A stretch of 64,000 nt of DNA from positions 869 through 64,868 of the forward strand of contig JAIPFY010000006.1 of assembly GCA_021736385.1 (NCBI GenBank). The letters run 5' to 3'. The position numbers were made by a program, and so were the translations under genes. Source of the DNA: Spirochaetia bacterium. Its GTDB lineage: Bacteria > Spirochaetota > Spirochaetia > CAKZLE01. Position 1 is the stretch's first letter; every line of letters starts with the position of its first letter. This document shows positions 29,322 through 37,549 of this stretch, piece after piece. The notes under the pieces are model-generated. The model saw nothing but the letters and a program-made list of their open reading frames with translations. It was not told where the DNA came from and did no database searches.

Positions 29322-29939
29322 ATGAACCGAATGGATGGATTTTTCGATTTCATAGAACTCAGAGTCGATGAGAAGCGGCTCTCAGATGTCAAGATCTTCG
29401 GATTGGATCTGGAGACCACCGGTCTGGATGTGAACGCCAATGAGATCACTGAGATCGGTATCGCCGAGTATGAGCTTACCACACGGGAGATCTCTCCTGT
29501 GTATCAGTCGCTGGTACGACCGGAACAGGAGATACAGGACTTCATCACGAAGATCACCGGTATCAGGAACGAGGATGTTCTGCATGCTCCCGATATCTCC
29601 ATCATCGTCCAGGAATGCCTCCCGATCATCGAACATGGGGTGCTCGTCGTGCACAATGCTGATTTCGATATCGGATTTCTCAAGAAGTTCATCGGACAGG
29701 GGTTTCTCCAGGAGTACGACATCGCTGTCTTTGATACCCTGAAAATGAGCAGGCGACTGCTTGACCACAGTAGATATTCACTTGAGTATCTGGTAGAATC
29801 ACTGGGTCTCGGTCATGAGCAGCATCATCGGGCTATGGATGATGCCCGCATGTGTATCAAGCTGTTCGATCATCTGGTATACGCTCATCAAGAGAGATTC
29901 TCGCATACCATATCCCACATACTGCAGAGTTTTACATAG
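29322..29939 (+). CDS. DEDDh 3'-5' exonuclease (DnaQ / DNA polymerase III epsilon-like)
   Basis: Exo I FGLDLETTGLD, Exo II VVHNADFDIGFL and Exo III HRAMDDARM. Confidence 0.8.
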   Translation: MNRMDGFFDFIELRVDEKRLSDVKIFGLDLETTGLDVNANEITEIGIAEYELTTREISPVYQSLVRPEQEIQDFITKITGIRNEDVLHAPDISIIVQECLPIIEHGVLVVHNADFDIGFLKKFIGQGFLQEYDIAVFDTLKMSRRLLDHSRYSLEYLVESLGLGHEQHHRAMDDARMCIKLFDHLVYAHQERFSHTISHILQSFT

Positions 29940-29950
29940 GTGCATGACAG

Positions 29951-30877
29951 ATGAACTTAGAAGTATATATCCTTGGTACCAGCGGCATGATGCCGCTGCC
30001 AAACAGATTCCTTACCTCCGTACTGCTGCGTCGGGATGGTGAACTGCTCCTGTTCGATTGCGGAGAAGGGACTCAGGTCTCATTGAAGAAACTCAATCTG
30101 AAATGGAAGAAGATCAACCGTATCTTCATCAGCCACATGCATGCCGACCATGTGACCGGATTACCAGGTCTGCTCATGCTCTCAAGCCAGGTAGACCGGG
30201 AAGAACCGCTGCATATCTACGGTCCTGCCAGACTGGCAAGCTACATCGATGCAAACAGGAAGATCCTCGATATGTATATCAACTATGAGATCATCGTCCA
30301 TAGTGTAGAACCCGGGATCATCTATGAGCAGGAGGATTATCACATAGAGGCCTTCAGACTGCAGCATACCAAACCCTGCTATGGCTATAGCCTGGTAGAA
30401 CATGATCGACCGGGAAAGTTCCATCCTGAGAAAGCCCTCGAACTGGAGGTTCCCATGGGACCCCTGTGGGCTGTACTACAGGGTGGGAGAGAGATCAAGC
30501 TTCCCGATGGGAGAGAAGTACAGCCTCACGAGGTCCTCGGGGAGCCGAGAAAGGGGAGGAAGTTCTCCTTCGTCACCGATACGATGTATTTCAGAGAGAT
30601 CTCATCCTACGTCTCCGGTGCCGATTTTCTCGTATGTGAAGGGATGTTCGACAGTTCGCTGCAGGAGAGTGCGACCGATAAAAAACATCTGACCGCCCAT
30701 CAGGCAGGTGAGATCGCTCGGGATGCACAGGGGGTGAAGAAGATGGGATTGATCCATTACAGCCCCAGGTATACCGATAGAGAGCTCTTCCTCCTGCTCA
30801 ATGAAGCGCAGGAGGTATTCAAAGATACCATCCTCTGTCGTGATCAGGCCTTCTTTGACATCACCTATGAAGAATAG
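29951..30877 (+). CDS. rnz: Ribonuclease Z
   Basis: Metallo-beta-lactamase HxHxDH motif SHMHADHVTG, in the short-form RNase Z architecture. Confidence 0.9.
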   Translation: MNLEVYILGTSGMMPLPNRFLTSVLLRRDGELLLFDCGEGTQVSLKKLNLKWKKINRIFISHMHADHVTGLPGLLMLSSQVDREEPLHIYGPARLASYIDANRKILDMYINYEIIVHSVEPGIIYEQEDYHIEAFRLQHTKPCYGYSLVEHDRPGKFHPEKALELEVPMGPLWAVLQGGREIKLPDGREVQPHEVLGEPRKGRKFSFVTDTMYFREISSYVSGADFLVCEGMFDSSLQESATDKKHLTAHQAGEIARDAQGVKKMGLIHYSPRYTDRELFLLLNEAQEVFKDTILCRDQAFFDITYEE

Positions 30878-31899
30878 TACTGCTCATACTTGTTCACATC
30901 CGGTTCGAACCCGAGTATGCAGAACCGATCATCTTCCAGAGCCTTCTTGAAAGCCACTTCAGTCTCATAGAGAATAGTCTCTGAATCAACAAGACGGCTG
31001 AACTTACCGGTGAATCCGGCTCTGAAGGCGGTGGATCGCTGTTTGAGATCCGATTTCATCTGATCATACAGCCGGGTGAGCTCCTGTTCTGTCTCTGAGA
31101 AGGAGAAGAACGGCAGGACTACGGCAAAGGTGTTCTTGTACGGATAATCGAATACGAAGGCAGTCTCGGAGAAGAAGGATTCGATCGTCTCCTTGAATAC
31201 CATGAAATCAGAGGAGAACTTCTTCGGTTCGATGTTCAGCAGGATCATCGAGATCTCATATCTCTTCTCATTCGAGAATGTGACCTCTTCACGGAATCGT
31301 GTGTAGAAGTCATCCTTCTCCAGCGGAGTAGCTTCTTCAGAAGCGGTGAGCACTGAAGCGTAGACCTGCTGCCGCTTCTGAGGAGCATCACTCTGCTGTG
31401 TGTTCTCGTGTACCTCTGCAGGACTCTGAAGCGGTTCTTCCGGAGAAGTCGGTTCATTCTCAGAGAAGACCTGAGGAGCATTGAAGAAATCAAGCTCATC
31501 GGATGAGAGGTCTTCACTGTAGGGTTCATCACCGGAAGGGGTGCTCTCCTGTGGGACCTCCGCCTGTGCAGCCGGTGTCTCAGATCGTTTCTCGAGATCG
31601 GCACCGAAGATATCGAGGGAGTAGGTATGGTTCTGTTCGGTCTCAGCAGGAGCCGCCGAGGCTGTGGGACGCTGCCGATCCGATGATCTGGTCGCAAGCA
31701 GGATCACCGTAGCTAAGAACAGGACGAAGAACGACGGGAAGACCTTGTACAGGAACGGCAGATAGACATCTGCAGGAGCTGCAAGCAGTCCCCCGTAATG
31801 GATATAATACCGGTACACATGGATGATCGAATAGGATAGGAGCGCTACAAGCACCATTGATACTATCACTGTGAACGTCTCTTTTGTTTTACTGGCCAT
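30865..31899 (-). CDS. Membrane protein with a disordered acidic linker and a C-terminal degenerate GGDEF-like domain (hypothetical)
   Basis: Two N-terminal TM helices, then about 120 aa rich in S, P, E and T. The C-terminus AFVFDYPYKNTFAVVLP...RSTAFRAGFTGKFS...ILYETEVAFKKA resembles the RYGGEEF...SIGIA...LYxAK pattern of the GGDEF fold, with the GGDEF motif replaced. Confidence 0.4.
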   Translation of the reverse strand: MASKTKETFTVIVSMVLVALLSYSIIHVYRYYIHYGGLLAAPADVYLPFLYKVFPSFFVLFLATVILLATRSSDRQRPTASAAPAETEQNHTYSLDIFGADLEKRSETPAAQAEVPQESTPSGDEPYSEDLSSDELDFFNAPQVFSENEPTSPEEPLQSPAEVHENTQQSDAPQKRQQVYASVLTASEEATPLEKDDFYTRFREEVTFSNEKRYEISMILLNIEPKKFSSDFMVFKETIESFFSETAFVFDYPYKNTFAVVLPFFSFSETEQELTRLYDQMKSDLKQRSTAFRAGFTGKFSRLVDSETILYETEVAFKKALEDDRFCILGFEPDVNKYEQYYSS

Positions 31900-31901
31900 A
31901 C

Positions 31902-32477
31902 TTACTGTCCCTCTTTTCCAGAAAGTTCGTGGAATAGCGTCTGGAATATGCTGCTCTTTTGAACCTCTTCCCTCTGCTGATCGTTCAGGAGTGCGACCAT
32001 GCGCTGGATCTTCTTCAGTTCCTTGATCAGGCTCTCGACGGTTGCAGACTGACCCGGGGCACGCTCATTGAGCAGATCCTGCTCGAGTTCTTCCATGAAC
32101 AGCTCATCGGTGACCAGATTCGAGAAGGTCCCCTCATCAGTATCCTGTCCGGAGAAGATAGCTCCGTCTGAGACCTGTCGACCGTGTGTGTTGAAGAAAC
32201 TGTGATTCTTCTTCAGCTCCTGCAGTTCCTCTTCCAGGACGAACGTCTCATCTATATCGGCTGTGTCGTGTCGTTTGGTGTCACTGATGATCTCGGCGGC
32301 ATACTCCTGAGATTTTCTCTTGATATTCTTGATCAGGCTATCGAGCGATTCCAGATTGTCATCAGTACTGAAATCATGCTTGTGATGAGTATGTGCCGCT
32401 TCATCGATGTTTGACGAGTCGATCTTTTTGAACGTTCCGTACAGTCCCGGATAATTCTGTTTTTTACTTTTATACAA
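31902..32477 (-). CDS. Hypothetical acidic protein
   Basis: A 191-aa ORF ending 3 nt before the start of 30865..31899. No recognisable motif. Confidence 0.4.
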   Translation of the reverse strand: MYKSKKQNYPGLYGTFKKIDSSNIDEAAHTHHKHDFSTDDNLESLDSLIKNIKRKSQEYAAEIISDTKRHDTADIDETFVLEEELQELKKNHSFFNTHGRQVSDGAIFSGQDTDEGTFSNLVTDELFMEELEQDLLNERAPGQSATVESLIKELKKIQRMVALLNDQQREEVQKSSIFQTLFHELSGKEGQ

Positions 32478-32544
32478 ATCTTTCTTCCCCCACTATAGTA
32501 TAATAGTATATCATATCAGAAGAAAAAAAAAGACAATATATAAC

Positions 32545-33021
32545 ATGAAAAAAGCATTGTTTATAATGAGCGTGTCAGTTACCATCCTCTGTTACTCATT
32601 GGGGCTTACGATCTTCGGTGCCTACGGGATCATCAATATGCGAACCCTTGCTGCACGTGAGGGCTCATTGCGATCCACCCATGCGCTGCTGTATTCCGAA
32701 CATGATCAGCTGCTCAAAGAGAAGGAACTGTTTGACGATGAGCAGTATATCACAGAGCTTGCAGCGCGTTACGGGTACATCTCGGATCAGACGATCATCT
32801 ACCTCCCTGAACATGCTGCCGGGGAGCCGCTCTCCCCGTTGAGCCCCCTGCCTCAGGAGCTGTATCTCAGAGATGAACATGCAGAACCGATCATCGGTAT
32901 CCCGTTGCTGCTGGGGCTGTCCCTGCTTGCCGGGCTGCTCGCATATCTGCTTCTCGGTCTGCTGTTCACAGGGAAGGACACTCCTGCTGCAGATGATGAT
33001 CAGTCCGAACAGAGGCGGTAG
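32545..33021 (+). CDS. Septum-formation-initiator-like (FtsB/DivIC-like) membrane protein (hypothetical)
   Basis: N-terminal TM helix, then the coiled-coil segment LLYSEHDQLLKEKELFDDEQYITELAARYGYIS, then a second hydrophobic segment. Confidence 0.35.
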   Translation: MKKALFIMSVSVTILCYSLGLTIFGAYGIINMRTLAAREGSLRSTHALLYSEHDQLLKEKELFDDEQYITELAARYGYISDQTIIYLPEHAAGEPLSPLSPLPQELYLRDEHAEPIIGIPLLLGLSLLAGLLAYLLLGLLFTGKDTPAADDDQSEQRR

Positions 33022-33083
33022 GGGTATGCGATCGAAGACAACGGCCGGCCCTGTCTGGACCCTGCCGTTGCCTCTCTGTACCG

Positions 33084-34424
33084 CTACGCTTTGATCTTCC
33101 TGCCTTCGATATAGAATCTCTTCTCATAATCTTCGCCCATCGAGAATGTCTTTCTCGGCAGAGCTCCGTCGTTGACGATGGAACTGAAGAACTCATGCTT
33201 GGGCAGACCCGGGAGGAAGATCCCGATGTTCCCGTTCTCTGATCCGAGTTTGCTGGTGATCTGTATCCCGTGGGTATAATCGATCGTGACACCGTCGTGG
33301 GCACCCACATAGGCATCGAGGGTACTCTGCAGCGTCCCGGCTACGATATGCGCCTGTGCACCCTCTATACGGACCACAGAGATCGTACCGGAACCGTCAA
33401 CCATGCCGAAATACTGATGATCATCGTTCTGCGCGATCGAAGAAGTCATCGCTTCGAGTGTGGGGACTGTCTCTATCGAATAGGAACTGCAGTGTCGTTC
33501 GAGCTCAGCGAGCATCTGCTGCGTATCCGCATCGAACAGCACCCGGTGGATCGGTTCGAACACCAGACCATCATCGAAGATGTTCTCGATCTCTACCAGA
33601 GCGTATCTGGCAGGATGGGTCTCACGCTCTTCTGCAGTGAGATCCTGTTTGATATCTTCCCAGCAGGATTTTGCTGTAGCAAGAGAGTGATTCCCGTCTC
33701 CCATGGCAAAGAGCAGGGTGGCATCACTGCCGTATTTCGCTTGGAAAGCAGACTGGTCAGCGAGTCTCAGCAGTGCATCGGCTACGGATTCAAGATCTTC
33801 GGGAGCCTGTACCGCATAGGCTTCGATGGAGCCGCTGTCCTTCATCAGATTGAAGGAATAGACCTGTTCAAGTGCTTCTTTCTTCGCTGCGAGCGGTTCT
33901 ATGACACTTCGCTGCTCATCATCGATGAGCACGAGGATATGGGGGAATTCCAGCAGAGCATCTTTTCTGATGCGTTTTCTCGGGGGTATGCGTTCGATGA
34001 TCGTGCCCTCAGTCGCTCGAATGAGACTCACCGAGTCTGCACTGTAGTCATACTGTTCCAGATCCAATGCGGTGATGAGTCCCCATCTGCCGAATCCCGG
34101 TCTGGTCTCACGATAGACCAGGAACATGGTCATGGGATACTCTTTGAATATACCGTCTGCCAGATAGCTCTTCATCGTCTCGTTGATCCGAGCGATCCTC
34201 TTCTCCGGGTGAGCCTCTTCAAGATAGCATTCAGGATAGATGAGATTCAGTGTCGAAGGAACCCCCTCTACCAACTGCCCGACTGATTGCCAATAGGCAG
34301 GATCTGACGTATACTGATCACAGGCCACTACAGCCCACTTCTCCAGCATCTCTGCATGTCTGGGAATGAGGATGTTCGGCAGCTGGACCCCTACAGATTT
34401 AAGTTTATTAATATAATCACCCAT
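33084..34424 (-). CDS. DUF1015-family conserved protein
   Basis: A 446-aa ORF with protein-like composition. The + strand ORF 33270..34286 is low-complexity antisense. The DUF1015 assignment comes from memory of that family's length and sequence character. Confidence 0.5.
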   Translation of the reverse strand: MGDYINKLKSVGVQLPNILIPRHAEMLEKWAVVACDQYTSDPAYWQSVGQLVEGVPSTLNLIYPECYLEEAHPEKRIARINETMKSYLADGIFKEYPMTMFLVYRETRPGFGRWGLITALDLEQYDYSADSVSLIRATEGTIIERIPPRKRIRKDALLEFPHILVLIDDEQRSVIEPLAAKKEALEQVYSFNLMKDSGSIEAYAVQAPEDLESVADALLRLADQSAFQAKYGSDATLLFAMGDGNHSLATAKSCWEDIKQDLTAEERETHPARYALVEIENIFDDGLVFEPIHRVLFDADTQQMLAELERHCSSYSIETVPTLEAMTSSIAQNDDHQYFGMVDGSGTISVVRIEGAQAHIVAGTLQSTLDAYVGAHDGVTIDYTHGIQITSKLGSENGNIGIFLPGLPKHEFFSSIVNDGALPRKTFSMGEDYEKRFYIEGRKIKA

Positions 34425-34529
34425 GTTTCGCTCCTTAATTTGACTGTTTGCACAATATTTATTATGAATAATGATGTTTACAGTATTATACGATTAATTT
34501 GCAATTTAGCAAGTAAAGAATGGGGAAAT

Positions 34530-35147
34530 ATGAGAAAAGCACTTGTATTCACCGGTGGCAGTGCTCCTGAGCTGAGCACCTATGGGCATGAGATCTCTGA
34601 TGCGGAACTGGTCGTCGCAGCGGATTCAGGGTATGACAAAGCCGTGCACGACGGGGTATCGGTCGATGTACTCATCGGTGATATGGACTCCATACGTACT
34701 GCTGTGCTTCCTGGGACGCGAGTGCTCACCTACCCGGAAGATAAGGACTTCACCGACACAGAGCTGGCCTTGAGTCATATTCACGAGACCCTTGGCGATG
34801 TAGAAGTCGTGATCATAGGGGGCGGGGAGGGGCGTCTGGATCATACGGTCTCCATGATCGGACTGTTCAGGACATCAACGAGACCTTCACGCTGGTATAC
34901 CCGAAGGGAGTGTATCTACTATGTGGATACCTTCATGGACCTGGAGCTCAAGCGACCGGGAACCACGATCTCAGTGATCGCCCTGCAGGATGAACCCTCC
35001 CGGGTCATCAGCAGCGGACTGCACTGGGAGCTGAAGGATGCCCTGCTTTCGAATGCCAATGCGAGTATCAGCAACAGGAATGTCTCATCGCATGTACGGC
35101 TTGAGGTGCTGGAAGGCAAGGGCGTGCTGTTGTGTGTCTCCTACTGA
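34530..35147 (+). CDS. Thiamine pyrophosphokinase
   Basis: Starts at MRKALVFTGG. Contains IIGGGEGRLDHT, the TPK catalytic motif, and LIGDMDS. Confidence 0.8.
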   Translation: MRKALVFTGGSAPELSTYGHEISDAELVVAADSGYDKAVHDGVSVDVLIGDMDSIRTAVLPGTRVLTYPEDKDFTDTELALSHIHETLGDVEVVIIGGGEGRLDHTVSMIGLFRTSTRPSRWYTRRECIYYVDTFMDLELKRPGTTISVIALQDEPSRVISSGLHWELKDALLSNANASISNRNVSSHVRLEVLEGKGVLLCVSY

Positions 35148-35151
35148 TCTG

Positions 35152-35955
35152 TCAATCCCGCTGTTCGATCTGAAGATATTCCAGCAGGACAGGGTACATC
35201 GTGAGCAGCTGGCCGAAGGATTCGAGCTTGTCGATGTAGAGGATGTCATCAGCTGCCCTCCCGGGGGCATCGATGATCGCCTGTTTGAGTGTCCTGTTCT
35301 TCAGGTCTGCAAGCTCTTCATATTCAGATTTAGCCTTCTGATACAACCGGTAATCGGGCAGCCGGGTGAAGGATGTCCGTATCGGACCGATCGTCAGTTC
35401 AGGGAAGTAGGACTGGAGGCCTGAGGTGAGCTGATCTGAGATCCTGGAAGAGAGCAGAGACCTGTCACTGAGATCCTGATCACTGTGGGAGAACATATCG
35501 GTCAGCAGTTCCTGTGCGATCATCCTGACTTTCATGTCGGTCTCTATGAACCAGGAGGAGACCGTATGTTCGTTCAGGCCGTACTGCGAAACAAGCTGTA
35601 CGACTGCCTGTTCGCTGATCGCATAGGGGATCGCTATATCAGCGGCATAGCTGAAATCAGGATGCCCGATGGTCATGATGGTATACAGGTCTGCAGAGGG
35701 CAACTCCTGCTCGATGGAGACGGTTACCAGACGGCTCTTCGAGGGGATCTGGGTGATCTCGAGGTTCTGTGGGAACAAGGCCCAGAAGGACCAGGAGAAC
35801 GTCCCTGAGGTGATAGGTGTATCGTCATATCCGAATGTCCTGGTATGGATGACCCCGTAGACATCCTTATCGAGTCGGTACTGTGTCCATCCGAAAAAAA
35901 AGACCGTGAGGGCAACTGCGATGATCAGGATCAGCCAAATAACGATTTTCTTCAT
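35152..35955 (-). CDS. Membrane-anchored hypothetical protein, possibly SPFH/band-7-like
   Basis: N-terminal TM helix IVIWLILIIAVALTVFFFGW followed by an approximately 240-aa soluble domain. Convergent with the TPK gene, with only 4 nt between them. Confidence 0.4.
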   Translation of the reverse strand: MKKIVIWLILIIAVALTVFFFGWTQYRLDKDVYGVIHTRTFGYDDTPITSGTFSWSFWALFPQNLEITQIPSKSRLVTVSIEQELPSADLYTIMTIGHPDFSYAADIAIPYAISEQAVVQLVSQYGLNEHTVSSWFIETDMKVRMIAQELLTDMFSHSDQDLSDRSLLSSRISDQLTSGLQSYFPELTIGPIRTSFTRLPDYRLYQKAKSEYEELADLKNRTLKQAIIDAPGRAADDILYIDKLESFGQLLTMYPVLLEYLQIEQRD

Positions 35956-36045
35956 ATCACACCCTGTCGAATAACCTTATCTATCTACTCCATCTTATGG
36001 GTTATACAGCTTCAAATCAATAGAAAAAACTGATAGAATACCCAC

Positions 36046-36369
36046 ATGAGGAAAAAAGCGCTCTCTCAGGCTTTGACGCAGATCAACATGTATCTCTTCG
36101 CTTCGATCCTGTTCATGCTGATCGTATGGGGGTTCATTCACCTTCAGGAGCCGTTGTATGCCTATTTCGGGATGATCCTCACCCTGGGCTCTCGGCTTTC
36201 GATCATCTATATGATCCTGCTGATGATCACCGTGGTCACTGCGGTCGTAGAGATGATCAGGAACAGACAGTTCTATACGGGAGTCATCGTGTTCTCTCTG
36301 GTATCAGGCAGTTCCGTGGTAGTCATAGGTCTGTATTTCAGTGCGATACGTTTCTTATATATTCAATAG
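36046..36369 (+). CDS. Small 3-TM membrane protein (hypothetical)
   Basis: A 107-aa ORF with three hydrophobic helices. Confidence 0.35.
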   Translation: MRKKALSQALTQINMYLFASILFMLIVWGFIHLQEPLYAYFGMILTLGSRLSIIYMILLMITVVTAVVEMIRNRQFYTGVIVFSLVSGSSVVVIGLYFSAIRFLYIQ

Positions 36370-36390
36370 CTTCAAGGATGGATACACCAG

Positions 36391-36747
36391 ATGGTCAAGG
36401 CATTACGCGCAGCGATACAGATTCCAGCAGATGAACCGGATATCATAGGCAGGGCAGTCATCAGACTCTACCGTGAACTCATCTCCCAGAACGAACTTGA
36501 TGAATCTCAGATCATCAGCATGATCATCAGCCAGACTGACGATCTGCATACCTGTAATCCGGCGACTGCCCTCAGGTCACATGGGGTAGATGGTTTTGCG
36601 CTGTTCTGCCTGCAGGAGCTCAAGATCGATGATCAGCTGCCGAGGACCATCAGGTTTCTCGTGCATTGCGAGCTCTCTGAAGAGCAAATGCTCAAGCATG
36701 TATATCTTGATGGGGCTGCCCGGCTGAGACCTGATCTCATCACATGA
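36391..36747 (+). CDS. aroH: Chorismate mutase, AroH class
   Basis: 118 aa. ALRAAIQIPADEP at the N-terminus, CNPATALR, and VYLDGAARLRPDL align with B. subtilis AroH (IRGIRGATTV ... VYLEKVVVLRPDL). Confidence 0.8.
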   Translation: MVKALRAAIQIPADEPDIIGRAVIRLYRELISQNELDESQIISMIISQTDDLHTCNPATALRSHGVDGFALFCLQELKIDDQLPRTIRFLVHCELSEEQMLKHVYLDGAARLRPDLIT

Positions 36748-36786
36748 AAAATCACCCGTTCACCGAAAGAATACTTCCAGAGATAC

Positions 36787-36816
36787 TTGACAACAGTCAT
36801 GAAAAATAGGTAAAGT
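36787..36816 (+). promoter_or_regulatory. Candidate promoter for the tRNA pair
   Basis: Perfect TTGACA at 36787-36792, an 18-nt spacer, then TAAAGT at 36811-36816, about 20 nt upstream of tRNA-Thr. Confidence 0.35.
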
Positions 36817-36836
36817 AGCCAAGCATTCGAAGGGAT

Positions 36837-36910
36837 GCCACCTTAGCTCAGCTGGCCAGAGCACGTGACTTGTAATCTCGGGGTCCTCGGTTCGAATCCG
36901 AGAGGTGGCT
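36837..36910 (+). tRNA. tRNA-Thr (anticodon TGT)
   Basis: GCCACCT..AGGTGGC acceptor stem, GCTC/GAGC D-stem, CTTGTAA anticodon loop, CTCGG-TTCGAAT-CCGAG T-arm. CCA is not encoded. Confidence 0.8.
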
Positions 36911-36958
36911 GATTGACATTTTTTATGTTTTTTGTTACGTTACTGTGACAGCAATTCT

Positions 36959-37040
36959 GGGGAGGTTCCCGAGTGGCCAAAGGGGGCAGACTGTAAATCT
37001 GTTGGCGTTGCCTTCGAAGGTTCGAATCCTTCTCTCCCCA
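36959..37040 (+). tRNA. tRNA-Tyr (anticodon GTA), type II with a long variable arm
   Basis: GGGGAGG..TCTCCCC acceptor stem, ACTGTAAAT anticodon loop, GTTGGCGTTGCC variable arm, GAAGG-TTCGAAT-CCTTC T-arm. Confidence 0.85.
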
Positions 37041-37075
37041 AAAGCCTTCCTTAATTGGAAGGCTTTTTCTTTCTT
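37041..37075 (+). terminator. Rho-independent terminator after tRNA-Tyr
   Basis: The hairpin agccttcc-ttaatt-ggaaggct followed by TTTTTCTTTCTT. Confidence 0.6.
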
Positions 37076-37093
37076 CCAGATGAGGTCATATCA

Positions 37094-37549
37094 TTGAAAC
37101 AGATCTATGAACAGGGATTACGCTTTACCTGCACACAGTGTGCTCACTGCTGTAAGGATGAACCGGGTTATGTGTTTCTCTCAGAAGAAGAGATCTCGGC
37201 GATCGCAGCACATCTCTCACTGTCCCGCCTGGCGTTTCTGCAGCACTACTGCAGACGGGTACAGATGGCCGATATCTATATGATCAGTCTTCTGGAACGC
37301 AGGAACAACGATTGTGTGTTCCTCACAGAAGCCGGTTGCAGGATCTATCAGGTACGGCCGCTGCAGTGCCGCAGCTATCCGTTCTGGGACTCCATCGTCT
37401 CGTCCCGGGAATACTGGGACCAGGAGGCCCGGGAGTGTCCGGGTATGAATCAGGGAGAACTGCACAGTAAAGAGGAAATCGAACGATGGCTTGCGTTGAG
37501 ACGAGCCATGAAGCCGAAAATACTGTATACTGATACCTACGATGAGTAG
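37094..37549 (+). CDS. YkgJ-family Cys-cluster (zinc/iron-chelating) protein
   Basis: CTQCAHCCKDEPG ... CRIYQVRPLQCRSYPFW is the CxxCxxCC...C...C signature. The ORF-track start at 37055 lies inside the tRNA terminator, so I use the in-frame TTG at 37094, which has a GAGG ribosome-binding site 8 nt upstream. Confidence 0.55.
   Translation: MKQIYEQGLRFTCTQCAHCCKDEPGYVFLSEEEISAIAAHLSLSRLAFLQHYCRRVQMADIYMISLLERRNNDCVFLTEAGCRIYQVRPLQCRSYPFWDSIVSSREYWDQEARECPGMNQGELHSKEEIERWLALRRAMKPKILYTDTYDE

Noticed and set aside
29322-29939. The DnaQ-like exonuclease as part of a defence or mobile module
   Set aside because: It is a standalone DEDDh exonuclease between the ABC exporter and rnz. It has no associated nuclease, helicase or methylase partners and no compositional anomaly.
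33270-34286. 338-aa + strand ORF
   Set aside because: It lies antisense to the 446-aa DUF1015-like gene. The + product is low-complexity (runs of R, D and H). The minus product is globular-looking and has a ribosome-binding site and start context.
36837-37075. Possible integrative element at the tRNA genes
   Set aside because: No integrase, excisionase, direct repeat of a tRNA 3' end or compositional shift flanks the tRNA pair. The neighbours are housekeeping genes (aroH, a ykgJ-like gene, dnaG).
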